Assembly: GCF_006345805.1 (NCBI RefSeq)
Contig: NC_043020.1
Span: forward strand, 372,001-436,000
Length of the DNA: 64,000 nucleotides
Reading direction: 5' to 3'
Origin: Octopus sinensis
Taxonomy: Eukaryota
Shown here: piece by piece, positions 38,080 through 52,299 of the stretch
Numbering within the stretch: position 1 is the first letter of the stretch
How the letters are laid out: every line of letters begins with the position of its first letter
The notes under the pieces: generated by a model
Told to the model about the DNA's origin: nothing
The model's database searches: none
The model's input: the letters and a program-made list of their open reading frames with translations, nothing else
Position numbers and translations under genes: made by a program

Positions 38080-38340
38080 TTATTTCTTTTTTTTTTTCCT
38101 TAAGTTTCCGTTGCATCTTGCAATCTTTTCAGTAGTCAAGACTATTGAAAAGGTTGCAAGGCACAATGAAAATTTTAGGAAAATAGGAATAAGAAAAAAG
38201 TGGAAATTTTACTGGTGAGTGTGTTACATAATAAGGCACAAAAAGAAAATCACTCTCCCCAGACACAACAGAATATGCTTCAACACACGAACTCTTATAA
38301 AGAATCCTGTAAACCAAATCCAAAAACGAAATATCGAAGA
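38080..38340. mobile_element. Palindromic (fold-back) interspersed repeat, copy 1
   Basis: CTTGCAATCTTTTCAGTAGTC-AA-GACTATTGAAAAGGTTGCAAG centred at 38138-38139. The arm sequence recurs at 62718-62980. Confidence 0.75.
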
Positions 38341-39618
38341 AGGTCTTTTCTAGGGAAACAGCAGGATTTTGGGCTCTGCAGAACTAACGCTTGAGTTTTG
38401 AACACCAAAACCTTCCCTTACTGTTCAGACATCTTTTTTTTTTTTTTTACTCAAGAGTGTTAGATCAATCAACACCAGTAAAAAATTTTTTCTTCTTATG
38501 ATTGTTTTTGTATTGTTTAACCCTTTACACCTTAATGCTCTGGGCCTAAAAAAATAATAAAAAACGGCAAAAGATGAAATTCTCTTCCTCCTTATGGTCA
38601 CTGTTGTCATTTGTTTTCTCTTTCTTGTAGCATAAACAATCTACAGTTTTTCTGTATTGCAATTTGTCTGCCAGGCAAGTTTAAACCTCTTACACACACA
38701 CACACACATGTTCTAATCATCTTGTAAATTCTGTGAAGCATTCTATTTCTCCAATACTTTAGTTTTGGCTGTGTTTACTTTTTGTAATGTGGGGGGGGGG
38801 GGAAAGGGGAGAAAAAAATTCAGCCATCAGGCACTGGGTATATTACAACAACAGTGCTTTCACCTCATTCTTCTGGGTCACTTTTTTCAACAAACCTCGA
38901 CGTACAAAATATAAAAACCAAAACAAAAAAAAACAAATTTGTTTTTAATATCTGGTGAAGGACATTTGTTGCCAAAAGACAAAACGAGATAACAAGCACT
39001 GCATCTCTGGTTTTTGATGAAGAGTCAGCAGCTGCTAATGACTCAAAAGTAATTATAATTTCAGAGAAAATAAAATGTAATATTCAGTTCTCTCTTCATG
39101 AGATCAGTGTGTCTCTGTCGTAGACTGTGCTTCCTGTGTGTGTGTGTGTGCGTAAGATTAAGGCAGAGCAAAGAAGATGTTTGCCTTATATCTCTCTTCA
39201 ATATCTCTGAAATATTTACAAAAATGCTGTTGATTTTTTGTTCTTTTTATTTTTTTCAAGGAAATATTCTCGTTCATGTGTTTGCTTTTTGTTGTGTTTT
39301 GTTTTTACAAAAACGCAGGACATCTTGTCGTGTCTTGTGACAACTGTTGACACACATTCTTTCTCAAGAAAATAAATTAAAGTGTGTCTGAAACAGGGAG
39401 AAAATTAAAAAATTAAAAATAAGAACATGCAGACTTACCAACAGTTGTTGGAGTCGTTGGTGTTTTTGGCAGTATTGTTGGTGGAGTTGTCGATGGTGGA
39501 GGTGTTGGTGGTAGTGATGGAATGTTGTTCTATTTGGGTAGTCCTAGTTAAGCATAGAACAGGTTTTTGAGGCAACTGTGTGAAATGACCCTGTTTTTAT
39601 GAGGTTGTTGTATCTTAA

Positions 39619-39840
39619 CCCTTTTGATGCCAAACTGGCCAAAACCGCCTCTGGCTCTGTAGTACAAATCTCTTGTTTTCATAAGTATTGAATTAAAATC
39701 TTCCACCAAACCTTAGTCACAATTTATGTTCCCAATACTAGCTGAATGATAACTAAGTTCTTTAACTAAGTTCTTTGTTTTATTTAATATAAATTGAATG
39801 AAACACAGAGCATCTCAAAATAAATATCGTAACAAAAGGG
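39619..39840 (+). mobile_element. TTAA MITE family 1
   Basis: TTAA|CCCTTTTGATGCC...AACAAAAGGG|TTAA. Confidence 0.88.
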
Positions 39841-40434
39841 TTAATATGTCTCCAAAATGCATGTTTGTTATTTGAGAGAGAGAGGGGAGAGCGAGACAGA
39901 AACAGAGAGAGAGAATTTCTAGGGACTTCATCACAACTACCTTGATCAAGTGCACTGTAATTGGCTGTTCATCACGCTACCATTTTCATCTCCTGATAAA
40001 CTTACTTGATAAGCACAAACGTGGTTGGTGTGGTTAAACAGCTCACTTTGCAACCAGGGGCTTTGGGGTTCAGTCCCACTGTGCAGCACCTTGGGCAAGT
40101 GTCTTCTACTATAGCCCCAGGTGGACAAATGCTTTGGTCAAGGGGAAACTGTGTAAGTCTGTTATGTGTGTATATGTACATGTGTGTGCGTGTGTATGTA
40201 TGTGTGTGTATCATCCTCATCATTTAACATCTATTTTCCATGCTAGCATGGGTCGGAGGGTTTGACAAGAGCTGGCTAACTGGAAAGCTGCACCAGGTGT
40301 CTGTTTTGGCATGGTTTGTATGGCTGGTTACCCTTCCTAATGCTGACCACTTTAATGGGTATACTGGGTGCTTTTTACACACACGTGTGTGTGTTTGTTC
40401 CCAACCACCAGTTTGACAACTAGTTTTGTGTACA

Positions 40435-40704
40435 TCGTGGCCATTGCCAGTGCCGCCCCGACTGGCTTCTATGCCAGTGGCACGTAAAAAGCACTATCCG
40501 ATTGTGGCCGTTTGCCAGCCTCGTCTGGCACCTGTGCCGGTGGCACTTAAAAAACACCCACTACACTCATGGAGTGGTTGGCGTTAGGAAGGGCATCCAG
40601 CCATAGAAACATTGCCAGATCATACAGGGCCTGGTGCAGCCTTCTGGCTTCCCAGACCCCAGTTGCACCATCCAACCCATGCCAGCATGGAAAGCGGATG
40701 CTAA

Positions 40705-40736
<32 letters not shown>
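40435..40736 (+). mobile_element. RTE-type retroposon 3' end with (GAT)n tail
   Basis: Same family as 24545-24793. An opposite-strand relative lies at ~40211-40380. Confidence 0.85.
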
Positions 40737-42327
40737 CCCTGTAACTTGTTGGTTCAGCAAAGATGTCAATAGATTAAGCAGGGGTAGAACTTATTTGCTC
40801 AACTGAACCCTTCGAGGCAGTGCTCCAGCATGACCGTGGTCCTGTGACTAAAACAAGTAAGCTATAAATGTAAACTCTCAACCCCATATTTATAGCAACC
40901 CTGTCAAATCTATCTTTCTAGTATGGGTCGGCATGGTGAGCCGGGGCTGGAGTTTCTTCGAAGAATAACCCACACCATGACAATATCATTACTTTTATTA
41001 TTGTTTTACTATAAATCCTTAAATCCTTAAAAATGTTTCAGCCCGAAGGCCGGGGCACCACCGCTATTATTCAAATAACTGCTACTTCGACATATGTACA
41101 CCTTAGATTTTATTCCTAAGTTTAGTTGTCTTGCTATGACACTACTTGACTTGATCTTGTTTTCCATATTTTCTTAGAACACTGATTAAAGTTATGCAAA
41201 TTTTAATTATTTTAAGCAAAAGTTAACAGCGTTCTAACGTTGATGTATAATTTGTATGAAATTTTAATTTCACCAAAAGTTGCAATTTGGTCCAAACTGG
41301 GAGAAAAAAAAAAGAAATAGGTAAATAAATAAATAAAATAATAATAATAATAATAAAAAAAAGCAATTTTTCATTTTATGACAAGTGCATATCTGCATGA
41401 AGGAAATTAATTAAAAATTCGAAATTATTTAACAAACTCTATGCAAATATTCACCTCTGGGCTTTATTTCTTGCACTGTTTCGATTTATATACAGAGGAT
41501 GATTCTGACTAAATTAAACGGAATAACATACATACAATACACACACACACACATGAAATAAAGATAACCTGTTCTCTTGCTGGTGAGTTCTGTCTAATAG
41601 GAAGTATGTGATCACACACACACACACACATGCATGCACACACACACACATATAATGAACCATCAGGTTCTTCCAATTCTGCTGGAGTGGCATGGGCCGT
41701 CAGCTCTCTGTTATAGTGTGAATATAACTTCTAACTTTTATTAAAATAAATGACTTCTTGCTTTAACTGCACACACCACACGTGTGTGCATGCGCATACT
41801 TCTACTTCATTAAAAAAATAGTCTTCACTTGCAAGTGTATACCATGCTGACATCTGTAAGCCCTTCGCTCTCCAAGGAGCATAGGCCATCAACTTTTCCT
41901 CTCTCCCGTAGGATTCCTGCTTTTTTCAGTTCTTCCTCAGTATCCCACATCATAGAAGGCCTTCCTCTCCCAGGTTTTGTTGATTTTCAGTTGTCATTGA
42001 CGCTTCTGTAACTTAGCTTTTTTTTTCTTCTTGGTTGGGATACTGGTCCTAAACAAACTCATTTTGTCCTCCAAGAAGAGGTGGTCCATATAGGTCTGAC
42101 CTCTGTCCTTTGATTTGTCCAGCATGGGAAAGACAAAGGCCAATACAACTTGGTACCAGTGATGTCACAACTCATTTCTGCAGCTGAGTAAACTGGAGCA
42201 ACGTGAAATAAAGTGTCTTGCTCAAGAACACAACATGCAGCCTAGTCCAGGAATCAACCTCACAATTGTAAGCTTGAGTCACTAACCACTGAGCCATGCA
42301 CCTTCACTCATATATATATATATATAA

Positions 42328-42490
42328 AGGGAAAGTTTACGAAAATAAACAAAAGACGAAGGCAGGTGGTGTACAAACAAACAGATGTATTAGTATAGCG
42401 CTCAGGAATAGAAAAAGTCTTTTACGTTTCAAGCCTACGCTCTTCTGCAGAAAGGGACACAGAAAAAAACAAGGAGAGTAAAAAAAAAAT
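42328..42490 (-). mobile_element. ~160-bp element with hammerhead-like motif (Penelope pLTR-like), copy 1
   Basis: The minus strand reads GTCCCTTT-CTGCAGA-A-GAGC-GTAG-GCTT-GAAAC-GTA-AAAGAC, next to (TA)n. Confidence 0.65.
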
Positions 42491-43099
42491 GTGTGTAGTA
42501 GCTAACGATCTTTGTTTATGCATGTGTGTGAGCAAATGAATGCATGGGGATTATGAGATATATTTGATCTTTTCTTGATTGCATTAATAACTCTGTTGTT
42601 TATGAAAACAGCTCTTACGAAGCCCCTGTGTTTTGGCCTGGTCCCCAAACTGGCAGCTTGTTATTAAGCCAAAGTGGAATTGAAGAAGAGAATAATATAA
42701 TAAAAAGGAACAAGCAGCTCGCGTGACTGTAAATTATCGTTAATCCAGTGTATTTTGCTCGTTATATATACGTCTATCGCAGCAATTAAAGAAACATAAC
42801 ATCTTGGCAAACCAGTTTCATCTTCCTGTCGTATGTCCAAAATATTCACGATGAACACGAGAAGGCATGCCAATATAAGCAATGTGTGTGTGTATATGTA
42901 TGAATATATATACATATATATATGTAGATGTATGTGTTTTCATGTATATATATTTGTATGTATGGATTTGTGTGTGTGTATATACATATATACACACACG
43001 TGTGTATGGTGTATGTTTGTGTATAGTGTGTGTGTATACATACATACACACGTGTGTATGGTGTATGTTTGTGTATAGTGTGTGTGTGTATATATATTT

Positions 43100-43416
43100 G
43101 GAGGCACAATGGCCCAGTGGTTAGGGCAGCGGACTCGCTGTCTTAGGATCATGGTTTCCATTCCCAGACCAGGCGTTGTGAGTGTTTATTGAGCAAAAAC
43201 ACCTAAAGCTCCATGAGGCTCCGGCAGGGGGTGGTGCTGAACCCTGCTGTACTCTTAACTTTCTCTCACTCCTCCTTCCTGTTTCTGTTGTACCTGTATT
43301 TCAAAAGGGCCATCCTTGTCACACTCTGTGTCACACTGAACCTCCCCAAGAACTATGTTAAGAGTACATGTGTCTGTGGAGTGCTCAGCCACTTGCATGT
43401 TAATTTCATGAGCAAG
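43100..43416 (+). mobile_element. Family-E tRNA-derived SINE (Arg-like head), 3' end broken by a palindrome
   Basis: GGAGGCACAATGGCCCAGTGGTTAGGGCAGCGGACTCG...GGTTTCCATTCCC head. Related pieces lie at ~50505-50630 (-) and ~63548-63653 (-). Confidence 0.78.
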
Positions 43417-44282
43417 CTTGCTCATGAAATTAACATGCAAGTGTCATTGATTGCCTTTGCTCCCCCCACCCCAACCGTATTAGTTTGTTTATGTCCCTGT
43501 GACTTAGCAGTTCAGCGAAAGCGACAAATAAAATAAGTATCAAACTCGAAAATAAGTCCTTGGATTGATGTGTTTGAGGACAATCGTACACGTTTGTGAC
43601 CCAGCATGGCACCAATTAAATGACTGAAACAAGGAAAAGGGAGAGAGAGAGAGAGTGTGTGTGTGTGTGTGTGTGTGTGCACATGCATGATTGTATGGTT
43701 AAGAAGTTCGCTTAACAACCATGTGGTTTGGAGTTCAGTTTCAATGTGTGGTACCTTAGGCAAGCACCTTCTACTGTAGCCTTGGTCTGGCCAAGGTCTT
43801 TTGAGTGACTTTGGTAGACAGAGATTCTGCTTTATCATTTTCGAAGCATTTAAGTTTAATAAATACAAGGTTCTGTATGAAATATCAATCTCGCTGACAT
43901 GAAATCTACCCGGCTTTGCAGTTATATAATTTAAAATCTGACTTTGATGATTTTTATTTGTTGTAAAATTATTCCTGAAACCCTTTGTGACTTACTGTCA
44001 ACTGCAGAGACAATATGCCATTACAAGATTTAGAAAATGAGATTGTGGAAGCATTGAGACTTCAGACTAATGGGTTTAGGAATAATATTGTTGCAAATTA
44101 GACGCAAAGGACAAATACAGAAATTTTAAAAAAAATTTGATGGTAAAAAATTAAACTTGAACCCAGTTGTGTCTGTGATACATGTTTGAACAAAAAAAAG
44201 CTGTCGTTCCCTATTTACACAAATATGGGTGTCTTGTTGTGTCACCTGAAATATTGCTCATAACAAGAAATTTTAATAATAT

Positions 44283-44437
44283 GTTTCTTTACTACCCACA
44301 AGGGGCTAAACACAGAGGGGACAACCAGGACAGACAAACGGGTTAAGTCGATTACATCGACCCAATGCATAACTGGTACTTAATTTATCGACCCCAAAAG
44401 GATGAAAGGCAAAGTTGACCTTGACGGAATTTGAACT
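44283..44437 (-). mobile_element. Partial family-B SINE
   Basis: Matches the 3' two-thirds of 19567-19799 in reverse orientation. Confidence 0.85.
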
Positions 44438-44629
44438 AATAACAAGTTGATCATTCATTTCACGTCACTCTGCAATCATCTAACATGTGGCACATGATGT
44501 ACCTGTACAGGTAATGTTGATTTTGTGGCGGGAGTAATCTTATGTGAACACAAACATTTGATCACTATAAACAAATCATGTGTATGGTTGTTCGGCAAGA
44601 ATGTGCCAAACCCTCATATGTCCATGAGT

Positions 44630-44869
44630 CCATGGGGTAGGACTGCCTTTAATAGTAATTACACCTTGAATTCTACGAGGTATGAACTTGTACAAAGTTT
44701 GAATTGTTTCCAAAGGAATTTTTGTCCATTCTTCAGCTAAAACAGTCTCCAGTTCTTGTAGTGATGATGGTGGAGGATATCGACTCCTTACTTGTTTTTC
44801 TAAAATGCACCATAAATGTTCAATAATATTGAGATCTGGGGAATGTGGTGGCCAGATAAGATGTTCAAC
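44630..44869 (-). pseudogene. Tc1-family transposase C-terminal fragment
   Basis: VEHLIWPPHSPDLNIIEHLW...LQELETVLAEEWTKIP...IPRRIQGVITIKGSPTP carries the Tc1 WPxxSPDLNxIExLW motif and the terminal PRRxxxVIxxKG motif. No N-terminus or TIRs are visible. Confidence 0.92.
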
Positions 44870-45415
44870 ACAGGCACATACATGTGTGTGTGTGAGTGTG
44901 TATATTTTCCAACTATGTGGTCTTATGTTCAGTCCCACCATTTAGCACCTTGGTCAAGTTTCTTCTACTACAAACCCTGGACAATCAAAGCCTTGTGATT
45001 GGATATGTTTGGGTGTACCCCTGTCTTGACCATGTGATGGTTGTAAATTAGCATCCTTGTCATTCAGTTAATGTCATTTATTTCCAGACTTCTGTGAAAA
45101 ACACATCTGGTCATGAGAAATATTACATTGAGGGTTGACAACAGGAAGGGCATCAGGCCATAGACAATCTACCTCAACAAATAATTCTGTCTGACTCTTG
45201 CAAGCAAGGAAAAGTGGATGTTTGCTTCCCAACCATACAATTCTGTGTTCAGTCCCACTGTGTGGCACCTTTACCAAGTGTCTTCCACTGTAGCCATTAG
45301 CCAGCCAAAGCCTTCTGATGGGATGGCATAGAGAAACAGGAAGAAGCACATCACATATGTGTGCGTGTGTGTGTGTGTGTGTTTGTACATGTGTGCATGT
45401 GTGAGTATATATATA

Positions 45416-45446
<31 letters not shown>

Positions 45447-45671
45447 ATGTGCATGATTTTGTTTTTCTTTCCATGTTGTTTGACAACTGGAAATGGTCTG
45501 TTTATATCCTTGTAATATAGCAGTTCAACACAAGGGGCTAATAGAATAAGTGCCAGATTTTATTTAAAAGAAAAAAAAAAGTACTGGGGCCTATTTGTTC
45601 TACTAAAACCCGTCAAGGCAGCAGCGACCCAGCATGACCTCAGTCCAATGACTGAAACAAATAACATATAC

Positions 45672-45707
<36 letters not shown>

Positions 45708-45752
45708 GTATGTGTATGTATGTATGTATGTATGTATGTATGTATGTATGTA

Positions 45753-45843
<91 letters not shown>

Positions 45844-47116
45844 GTATGTGTGTATGTATGTATATATTTACAAGTATAGATATGCAAACAGGAAAAATAG
45901 AACTGAAAATATGAGTATATGTATATTTTTATTAATATTTAGCAGAAGCAACAGAGTGATTCAAGAACTGAGAATTTCGTGCATTGGCACTTACCAAAAT
46001 ATATACATACATATATACACATACTCATATATACATACACATACTGAGAGAGAAAGAGAGACTTGCATATATATGCATGCATAGAAAGTACGTTTTCCTT
46101 TCCTTTAACAAATAAATAATCCATTGTAGTATTCTTTGTCAAAGACAATTTTTATTTTATATTTCTTCGTTCTGCGTATCTAACAACAGATTTTTCCTTT
46201 TTCTCTTTTCCCAATTTCATGATGAGCAGATTCAAAATACAAAAACGATTTTTTCCTATTCAGTAATATGCAATTGTCCAAGTTTTCAGAATTCATTAAC
46301 GCCAGTAAGGAAAACGAAAGAATAATGTCACAATCTCATTTCTTCCTTTAATCCATGGATTCCTATGTATTATCCGTTGAAAGTACATCATTATTACTCT
46401 GTCTCCATTTGCAAAGTAAGCGGGGGAAACTAGAAACCACTCCCATTTTACTACTTAATAAGTTGTTGTGACAACAGATCTAACGTTCTCAATATAATAA
46501 TTTGTAAATAGCAGTTTGCAGATATCAGCATGCAGGATGTAGGCAAGCCATGTATTCACCTCCTCAACAAAACACCTGCTCCTTGTCTCTCTATCATAGT
46601 TTCTCGTCCTTCCATTCTATACCCCACTCGGATGTGGAGTCTTATCTTAACTTGTACTGGTTGCCCTCACATAAAAATGCACCCAGTACACTCTGTTGTG
46701 TGGTTGGTGCTAGGAAGGGCATCCAGCTGTAGAAACCATGCCAAAGTAGACATAGAACCTGGTAGAGCCCTCTGGTTCATTTGTTCGTGTCAAACTATCC
46801 ATCCTATGCTAGCATGGAAAAGGAACATTAAATGATGATGATGAAGTTATAAACAAAACCTCAATCTCTTGTTTAATTCGTTTGTGTAAATTAGCTTTGG
46901 CTGAGGAGACAGAATGAGGCTGAAACACTGGATGTCCCAAAGACTCCTTATGCTAATATATCGAGTGTGCTATGAACACGCATTTGTCTGAGAGCTGTTG
47001 TTTTCCAATGATGACACACCGATTAGCATATTGCAGTTCAAATCTGCTGGAATGTATTAACAATGAATGTTTTTTGGTTTCACCGACACTTGCAAGAGTA
47101 ACATAGAATCTCTTAA

Positions 47117-47339
47117 AACCTTTAGCATTTAAGCCAACCATATTCTCACCTAAATTTTCTTGCAGATTTATGTCTCAAACTGACCAGATCTGGCATCTCA
47201 TATCTACCCTACAATGTCATTCAAAAAATAAACAGTCATGTCTTCGAAATCTTGAAGCTACGAGATAATGCATGATTAATTCAAAACAATATGAATAAAT
47301 AAGCATCACATTTAACAGAATAATTTGTACGTTAAAGGG
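47117..47339 (+). mobile_element. TTAA MITE family 2 (degenerate left TIR)
   Basis: CCTTTAGCATTT...TTAAAGGG|TTAA with internal identity to 10589-10819. Confidence 0.8.
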
Positions 47340-47779
47340 TTAAAGACTTTGAAGCAAAGTGACACCAGCATCAAAACAATAAAATTATCTTTTTAGGGCA
47401 ACTCAGAAAATGATTTGTTTACCAAGACTTCAGACTATCCTTGCCATTAATCTACTCCTGCTATATCGATATATCTAGTCCCTGTTTCTCCCTGATACAC
47501 TCAAAGAACAGGAATATTTTCAGTGTGATTTTATTTTCAGCAGCTGAACATCGTTTTATCCGTACCAACCATTCAATGTCACTTTCCATTAGCTACACTT
47601 TATATTTTTATGTAACACATAACTACTTCATGTAGACTTTCAGAAAGCATTTTATATTATATTATGTAATATAATGTAATACACACACATTTGTGTGTAT
47701 GTATTTTTATGTATATGTGTATGTATTTATATATATATGTGTGTTATATATATATATATATATTAACACCAACATCAAA

Positions 47780-48047
47780 ATGAAAATCAAATGGAAATTG
47801 TAGTTAAGATACCCGTGCCGGTGACACGTTAAAAGCCCCATCCGAATGTGGCAGTTGCCAGTGCTGCCTGACTGGTGTCTGTGTCAGTGACACGTAAAAA
47901 GCACCCACTACACTCACAGAGTGGTTGGCATTAGGAAGGGAATCCAGCTGTAGAGGTGCAGCCTTCATGGCTTACCAGACCCGTGTTGAACTGTCCAACC
48001 CATGCTAGCATGGAAAACGGACGTTAAACAATGATGATGATGATGAT
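47780..48047 (+). mobile_element. RTE-type retroposon 3' end with (GAT)n tail
   Basis: Same family as 24545-24793. Confidence 0.82.
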
Positions 48048-49126
48048 ATATATATATATATATATTATATATGTGTGTGTGTGTGTGTTTATTATATAAA
48101 AATATATTGTTCTCATGCGTAACCATTGATATTTTCAATGTACTAAACTTGTGTGCAACTTTGGAAACTAATGCCACCTGTTCTTTTGCATCAGAAACCG
48201 ATTCCTCTGTTGTTGGTGCAATATTAATAATAATGGAGATGGATAAATCTTTTCATTTGCAGTCCATTATCTATTTTCTTCACTTCCATTTTAGAATCCC
48301 TACTGCTTTATGAATGTCATTCAACAAAATAGGTGTTCTTTATTAACCGAAATACACTTTTCTCCTGATTTTATTTATCTCTTATCAGTTACAAAACTTT
48401 GCTTCAATTAACAACTGTTTAAGATTAGATTTTTTTTTTTCTTGTTCATTTCCTGATGTTTTTTTTTTTTTTGATATTGTATTGCCTTTTTGTTTTTGTT
48501 TTTTCCCTTCACTGATTTTTTTTCTGTTCCTTTTATTGTTGTTGCTGTTAAATAATTGAATAAAGACCTTATCTGATATAGAGCTTTTGTTATTGTGTGT
48601 GTGTGTGTGTGTGTGTGTGTTGTGTGTGTGTGTGTGTGCATGCGCGTGTGTGTGTGTGTGTGTGATTTTTATCACTTACATCAAAACATAAAATTATTTT
48701 CCAACCCTATCTAGATGGAATCTTAGATTCATTCCATCAGATGAACTAAGTTAAAAATATAAGAAAACAGCACCAATAATACTAATGATGATGATGATGA
48801 TAATGGTAATAATAGTCATAATAATAATAATAATAATAATGATGATAGGAATAATAATAATGGTAATAATGAGCAAAAAGGAGAAGAAAACAAAATTCGA
48901 CTTTGCTTACCTCTTACATCTAAAACAGCTCTTAATAATTCGTTTCTATTTTATTTCTTCAATTATTGAAAGTTAACTATTATTCTGTGTGTAAGTGTAT
49001 GCCCATCTGTGTATGTGTGTGTGACACCATATGTGTGTGCGTGAGTGTGTGTGTGCATGTGTGTCTGTGTGTGTGAGTGTGTGTGTGTCTATGTGTGTCT
49101 GTGTGTGTGAGTGTGTGTTGTGTGTG

Positions 49127-49169
<43 letters not shown>

Positions 49170-49600
49170 TTTGTGTGCGTACAAAGTGCAGCCGTATCAG
49201 TGAACCTATATGACCACTTCTTCCGAAATGGATTAACATTAAGATAATGTCACAGACTTACGGTAATAGCTGTTGTGTCGAATACATAAGCATTGCAATA
49301 GAAATATGATGTTTTGTTTCTCTTTATTTTTGTTTTTGTTGTGTTAGTACGATAAATGTTTAGCCTTCGTTCTACGGGGAGGTAGGGGGCTATAATTCTT
49401 TCATTTAATACCATCACCATCTCTCTTTCTCCACTCCCATCCCCCCAATAATGGGAGAAAGAATTTGAAAATAAAATTGTTTATTACCACACATCTACAC
49501 CTTCACGTGCATGTTCACTCACCCACACATGCATACACACATACACACATACACATCAACATAAAGTATTAATATACACCCTTTATTTTGTCCACAAACA

Positions 49601-49993
49601 GGCGCAGGAGTGGCTGTGTGGTAAGTAGCTTGCTAACCAACCACACGGTTGCGGGTTCAGTCCCACTGCGTGGCATCTTGGGCGAGTGTCTTCTGCTATA
49701 GCCCCGGGCCGACCAATGCCTTGTGAGTGGATTTGGTAGACGGAAACTGAAAGAAGCCTGTCGTATATATGTGTATATATATGTGTGTGTTTGTGTGTCT
49801 GTGTTTGTCCCCCTAGCATTGCTTGACAACCGATGCTGGTGTGTTTATGTTCCCGTTACTTAGCGGTTCGGCAAAAGAGACCGATAAAATAAGTACTGGG
49901 CTTACAAAAGAATAAGTCCTGGGGTCGATTTGCTCGATTAAAGGCGGTGCTTCAGCATGGCCGCAGTCAAATGACTGAAACAAGTAAAAGAGA
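49601..49993 (+). mobile_element. Full-length family-A SINE
   Basis: GGCGCAGGAGTGGCTGTGTGGTAAG...GGGTTCAGTCCC...ATGACTGAAACAAGTAAAAGAG. Confidence 0.92.
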
Positions 49994-50653
49994 GAAAAAA
50001 CAATCTATATAATGCTTTGTTGTATTTTCCTCTGCTAATTTTTTTATCAAAAGAATCATACTTAAGTTGTGAAGCTGCTACTTTACACATTTTTAACTTA
50101 AATGGTCATGAGTTTAAAACCTTGCCAGAATATTCTACCTGTTTATGTTCCCACTGGCCAGATCCAGCCTTTCACATCTACTCTACAATGCCGTAGCTGT
50201 GTGGTAAGTAGCTTGCTTACCAACCACATGGTTCCAGGTTCGGTTCCACTGCATGGCACTTTGGGCAAGTGTCTTCTACTATAGCCTCGGGCCAACCAAA
50301 GCCTTGTGAATGGATTTGGTAGACGGAAATTGAAGGATGCCTGTTGTATATGTGTGTGTGTGTCTGTGTTTGTCTCCCCAACATTGCTTGACAACCGACG
50401 CTAGTGTGTTTACGTCCTCGTAACTTAGCGGTTCGGCAAAAGAGGCCGATAGAATAAGTACTGGGCTTACAAAGATTAATCCTGGGGTTGAGTTGCTCAA
50501 CTGTCAGAGCCTCGTGGAGCTTTAGGTGTTTTTGCTCAATAAACACTCACAACACCTGGTCTGGGCATTGAAACCGTGATCCTACAACCACTAGTCTGCT
50601 GCCCTAACCGCCGAGCCATTGTGCCTCCACAGTAAAAATATATATATATATGT

Positions 50654-50900
50654 GGAGGCGCATGGCTTAGTGGATAGGGTGTCAGCATCATGATCATACG
50701 ATTGTGGTTTTGATTCCTGGACCAGGCAACTCATTGTGATCTTGAGCAAAACACTTCATTTCATGTTGCTCTAGTCCACTCAGCTGACAAAAATGAGTAA
50801 TCCTGTGATGGACTGGTGTCCCATCCAGCTGGGGAACACTTACGCCATAGAAACCGGGAAACCGGGCCCATGAGCCTGCTTAGGCTTTAAAAGGGCGCAT
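50654..50900 (+). mobile_element. Family-D SINE
   Basis: GGAGGCGCATGGCTTAGTGG head and (TTA)n tail. Matches 7054-7294. Confidence 0.85.
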
Positions 50901-50930
50901 TTATTATTATTATTATTATTTATATATATA

Positions 50931-50960
<30 letters not shown>

Positions 50961-50961
<1 letters not shown>

Positions 50962-51116
50962 GGGAGAGTTTACAAAAAAAACAAAAGACGAAGACAGGTG
51001 CTGTACAAAACAAACAGATGTATTACTATAACGCTCAGGAATAGAAAAAGTCTTTTACGTTTCGAGCCTACGCTCTTCTACAGAAAGGACACAGAAAAAA
51101 ATAAGGAGAGAAAAAA

Positions 51117-51117
<1 letters not shown>
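50961..51117 (-). mobile_element. ~160-bp element with hammerhead-like motif, copy 2
   Basis: The minus strand reads GTCCTTT-CTGTAGA-A-GAGC-GTAG-GCTC-GAAAC-GTA-AAAGAC, with (TA)n on both sides. Confidence 0.68.
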
Positions 51118-51162
<45 letters not shown>

Positions 51163-52265
51163 AAGGATGTAAACATCAGCCAGGAAATAGTGTTGCTCTT
51201 CAAATGAAGACCCTTGTAGTATTTGTTCTGCATTAAGTTTCAGATACTCTCTCTTGTCACACTCACTGTCAGAAATGTAGTGAATCAGTAATTGACTCAT
51301 TGGAAAGTTCTAACCAGCAACATTATTGCCCATTATTTGCAACATAAATAAGTTGAACAACAGCTTCTCTACTTCCTTCATTTCACGGTTGACTTGTTAT
51401 TGCTATGAAGAGCATCCGTGGCACCCAGCTTTTAAATCAATGAGCTCCAGCAAATCAGATCAAGACATAAGTCCAAAGGAACCATCTGCTTATGTAAACA
51501 CAACAAACACAGGATACTACGTGTGCCTTTACACATTTACTCGACCTGCTAGTAACAGCAGTCTGGTCTCCCTTAAATCATATCTTATTATTTGAAAAAG
51601 GAATGACACATTTAAATAATGTATTCCTCTGCCCCCTTCAGTTCTCAACCGTGTTGTTTTGCTTTCAATCTCCCTGAGTGGCAACTCGGACAAGTGTCTT
51701 CTAATGTGCCCCTGGGTCAACCAAAGCCTTGTGAGTGAATTTCATAAGTGCACACGAGAAGTCCATCTTGTGTATATGTGTGCGAAAGTGCACCTGTCTC
51801 CTATTCCTTTAAGTGTGTCAGTCATTTAACTGTGGCCATGCTGGAGCGCTGCCTTAAAAGGTTTTAGTCTAAGAAATTGACCCCAGGACTTACTTTTTTC
51901 TTTAAGCTTATTTTACTGGTCCCTTTTGCCAATGGTATCAGGGCGTGTATAAGTCTTGAAAAAATTACAAAAATCGATTCCAGGTGAGAATGCGATCGAT
52001 AAAGCCATGGGAACGTGCATTTGTTGTGATGTACTTACTGGTACTTTAAACTCTCCGGTTGCATGTTTGTGTGAATAAAATCGTTTTTCTTTGGAATAGA
52101 AAAAAAGTCTATCTTTATTTCTTCTTTTGCTGGTGTCTCAAATGTAGGCTAAATCAGTGTTTCTCAGGTGGGGGGGGGCTATGGGACGGTCGGACAAGTT
52201 GTTTTGAGAAAATTTGGCTTAAATGTTTGACTACTCAGCACCATCCATTGGACGGGGGCGTTTTG

Positions 52266-52299
<34 letters not shown>

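Noticed and set aside
48911-48919. 9-nt minus-strand microexon (TTTTAG|ATGTAAGAG|GTAAGC)
   Set aside because: The upstream intron is purine-rich with no polypyrimidine tract.
49601-49672. tRNA genes at SINE heads (also 19567, 43100, 50654)
   Set aside because: A/B boxes are present but I see no complete cloverleaf, and each continues into a SINE body.
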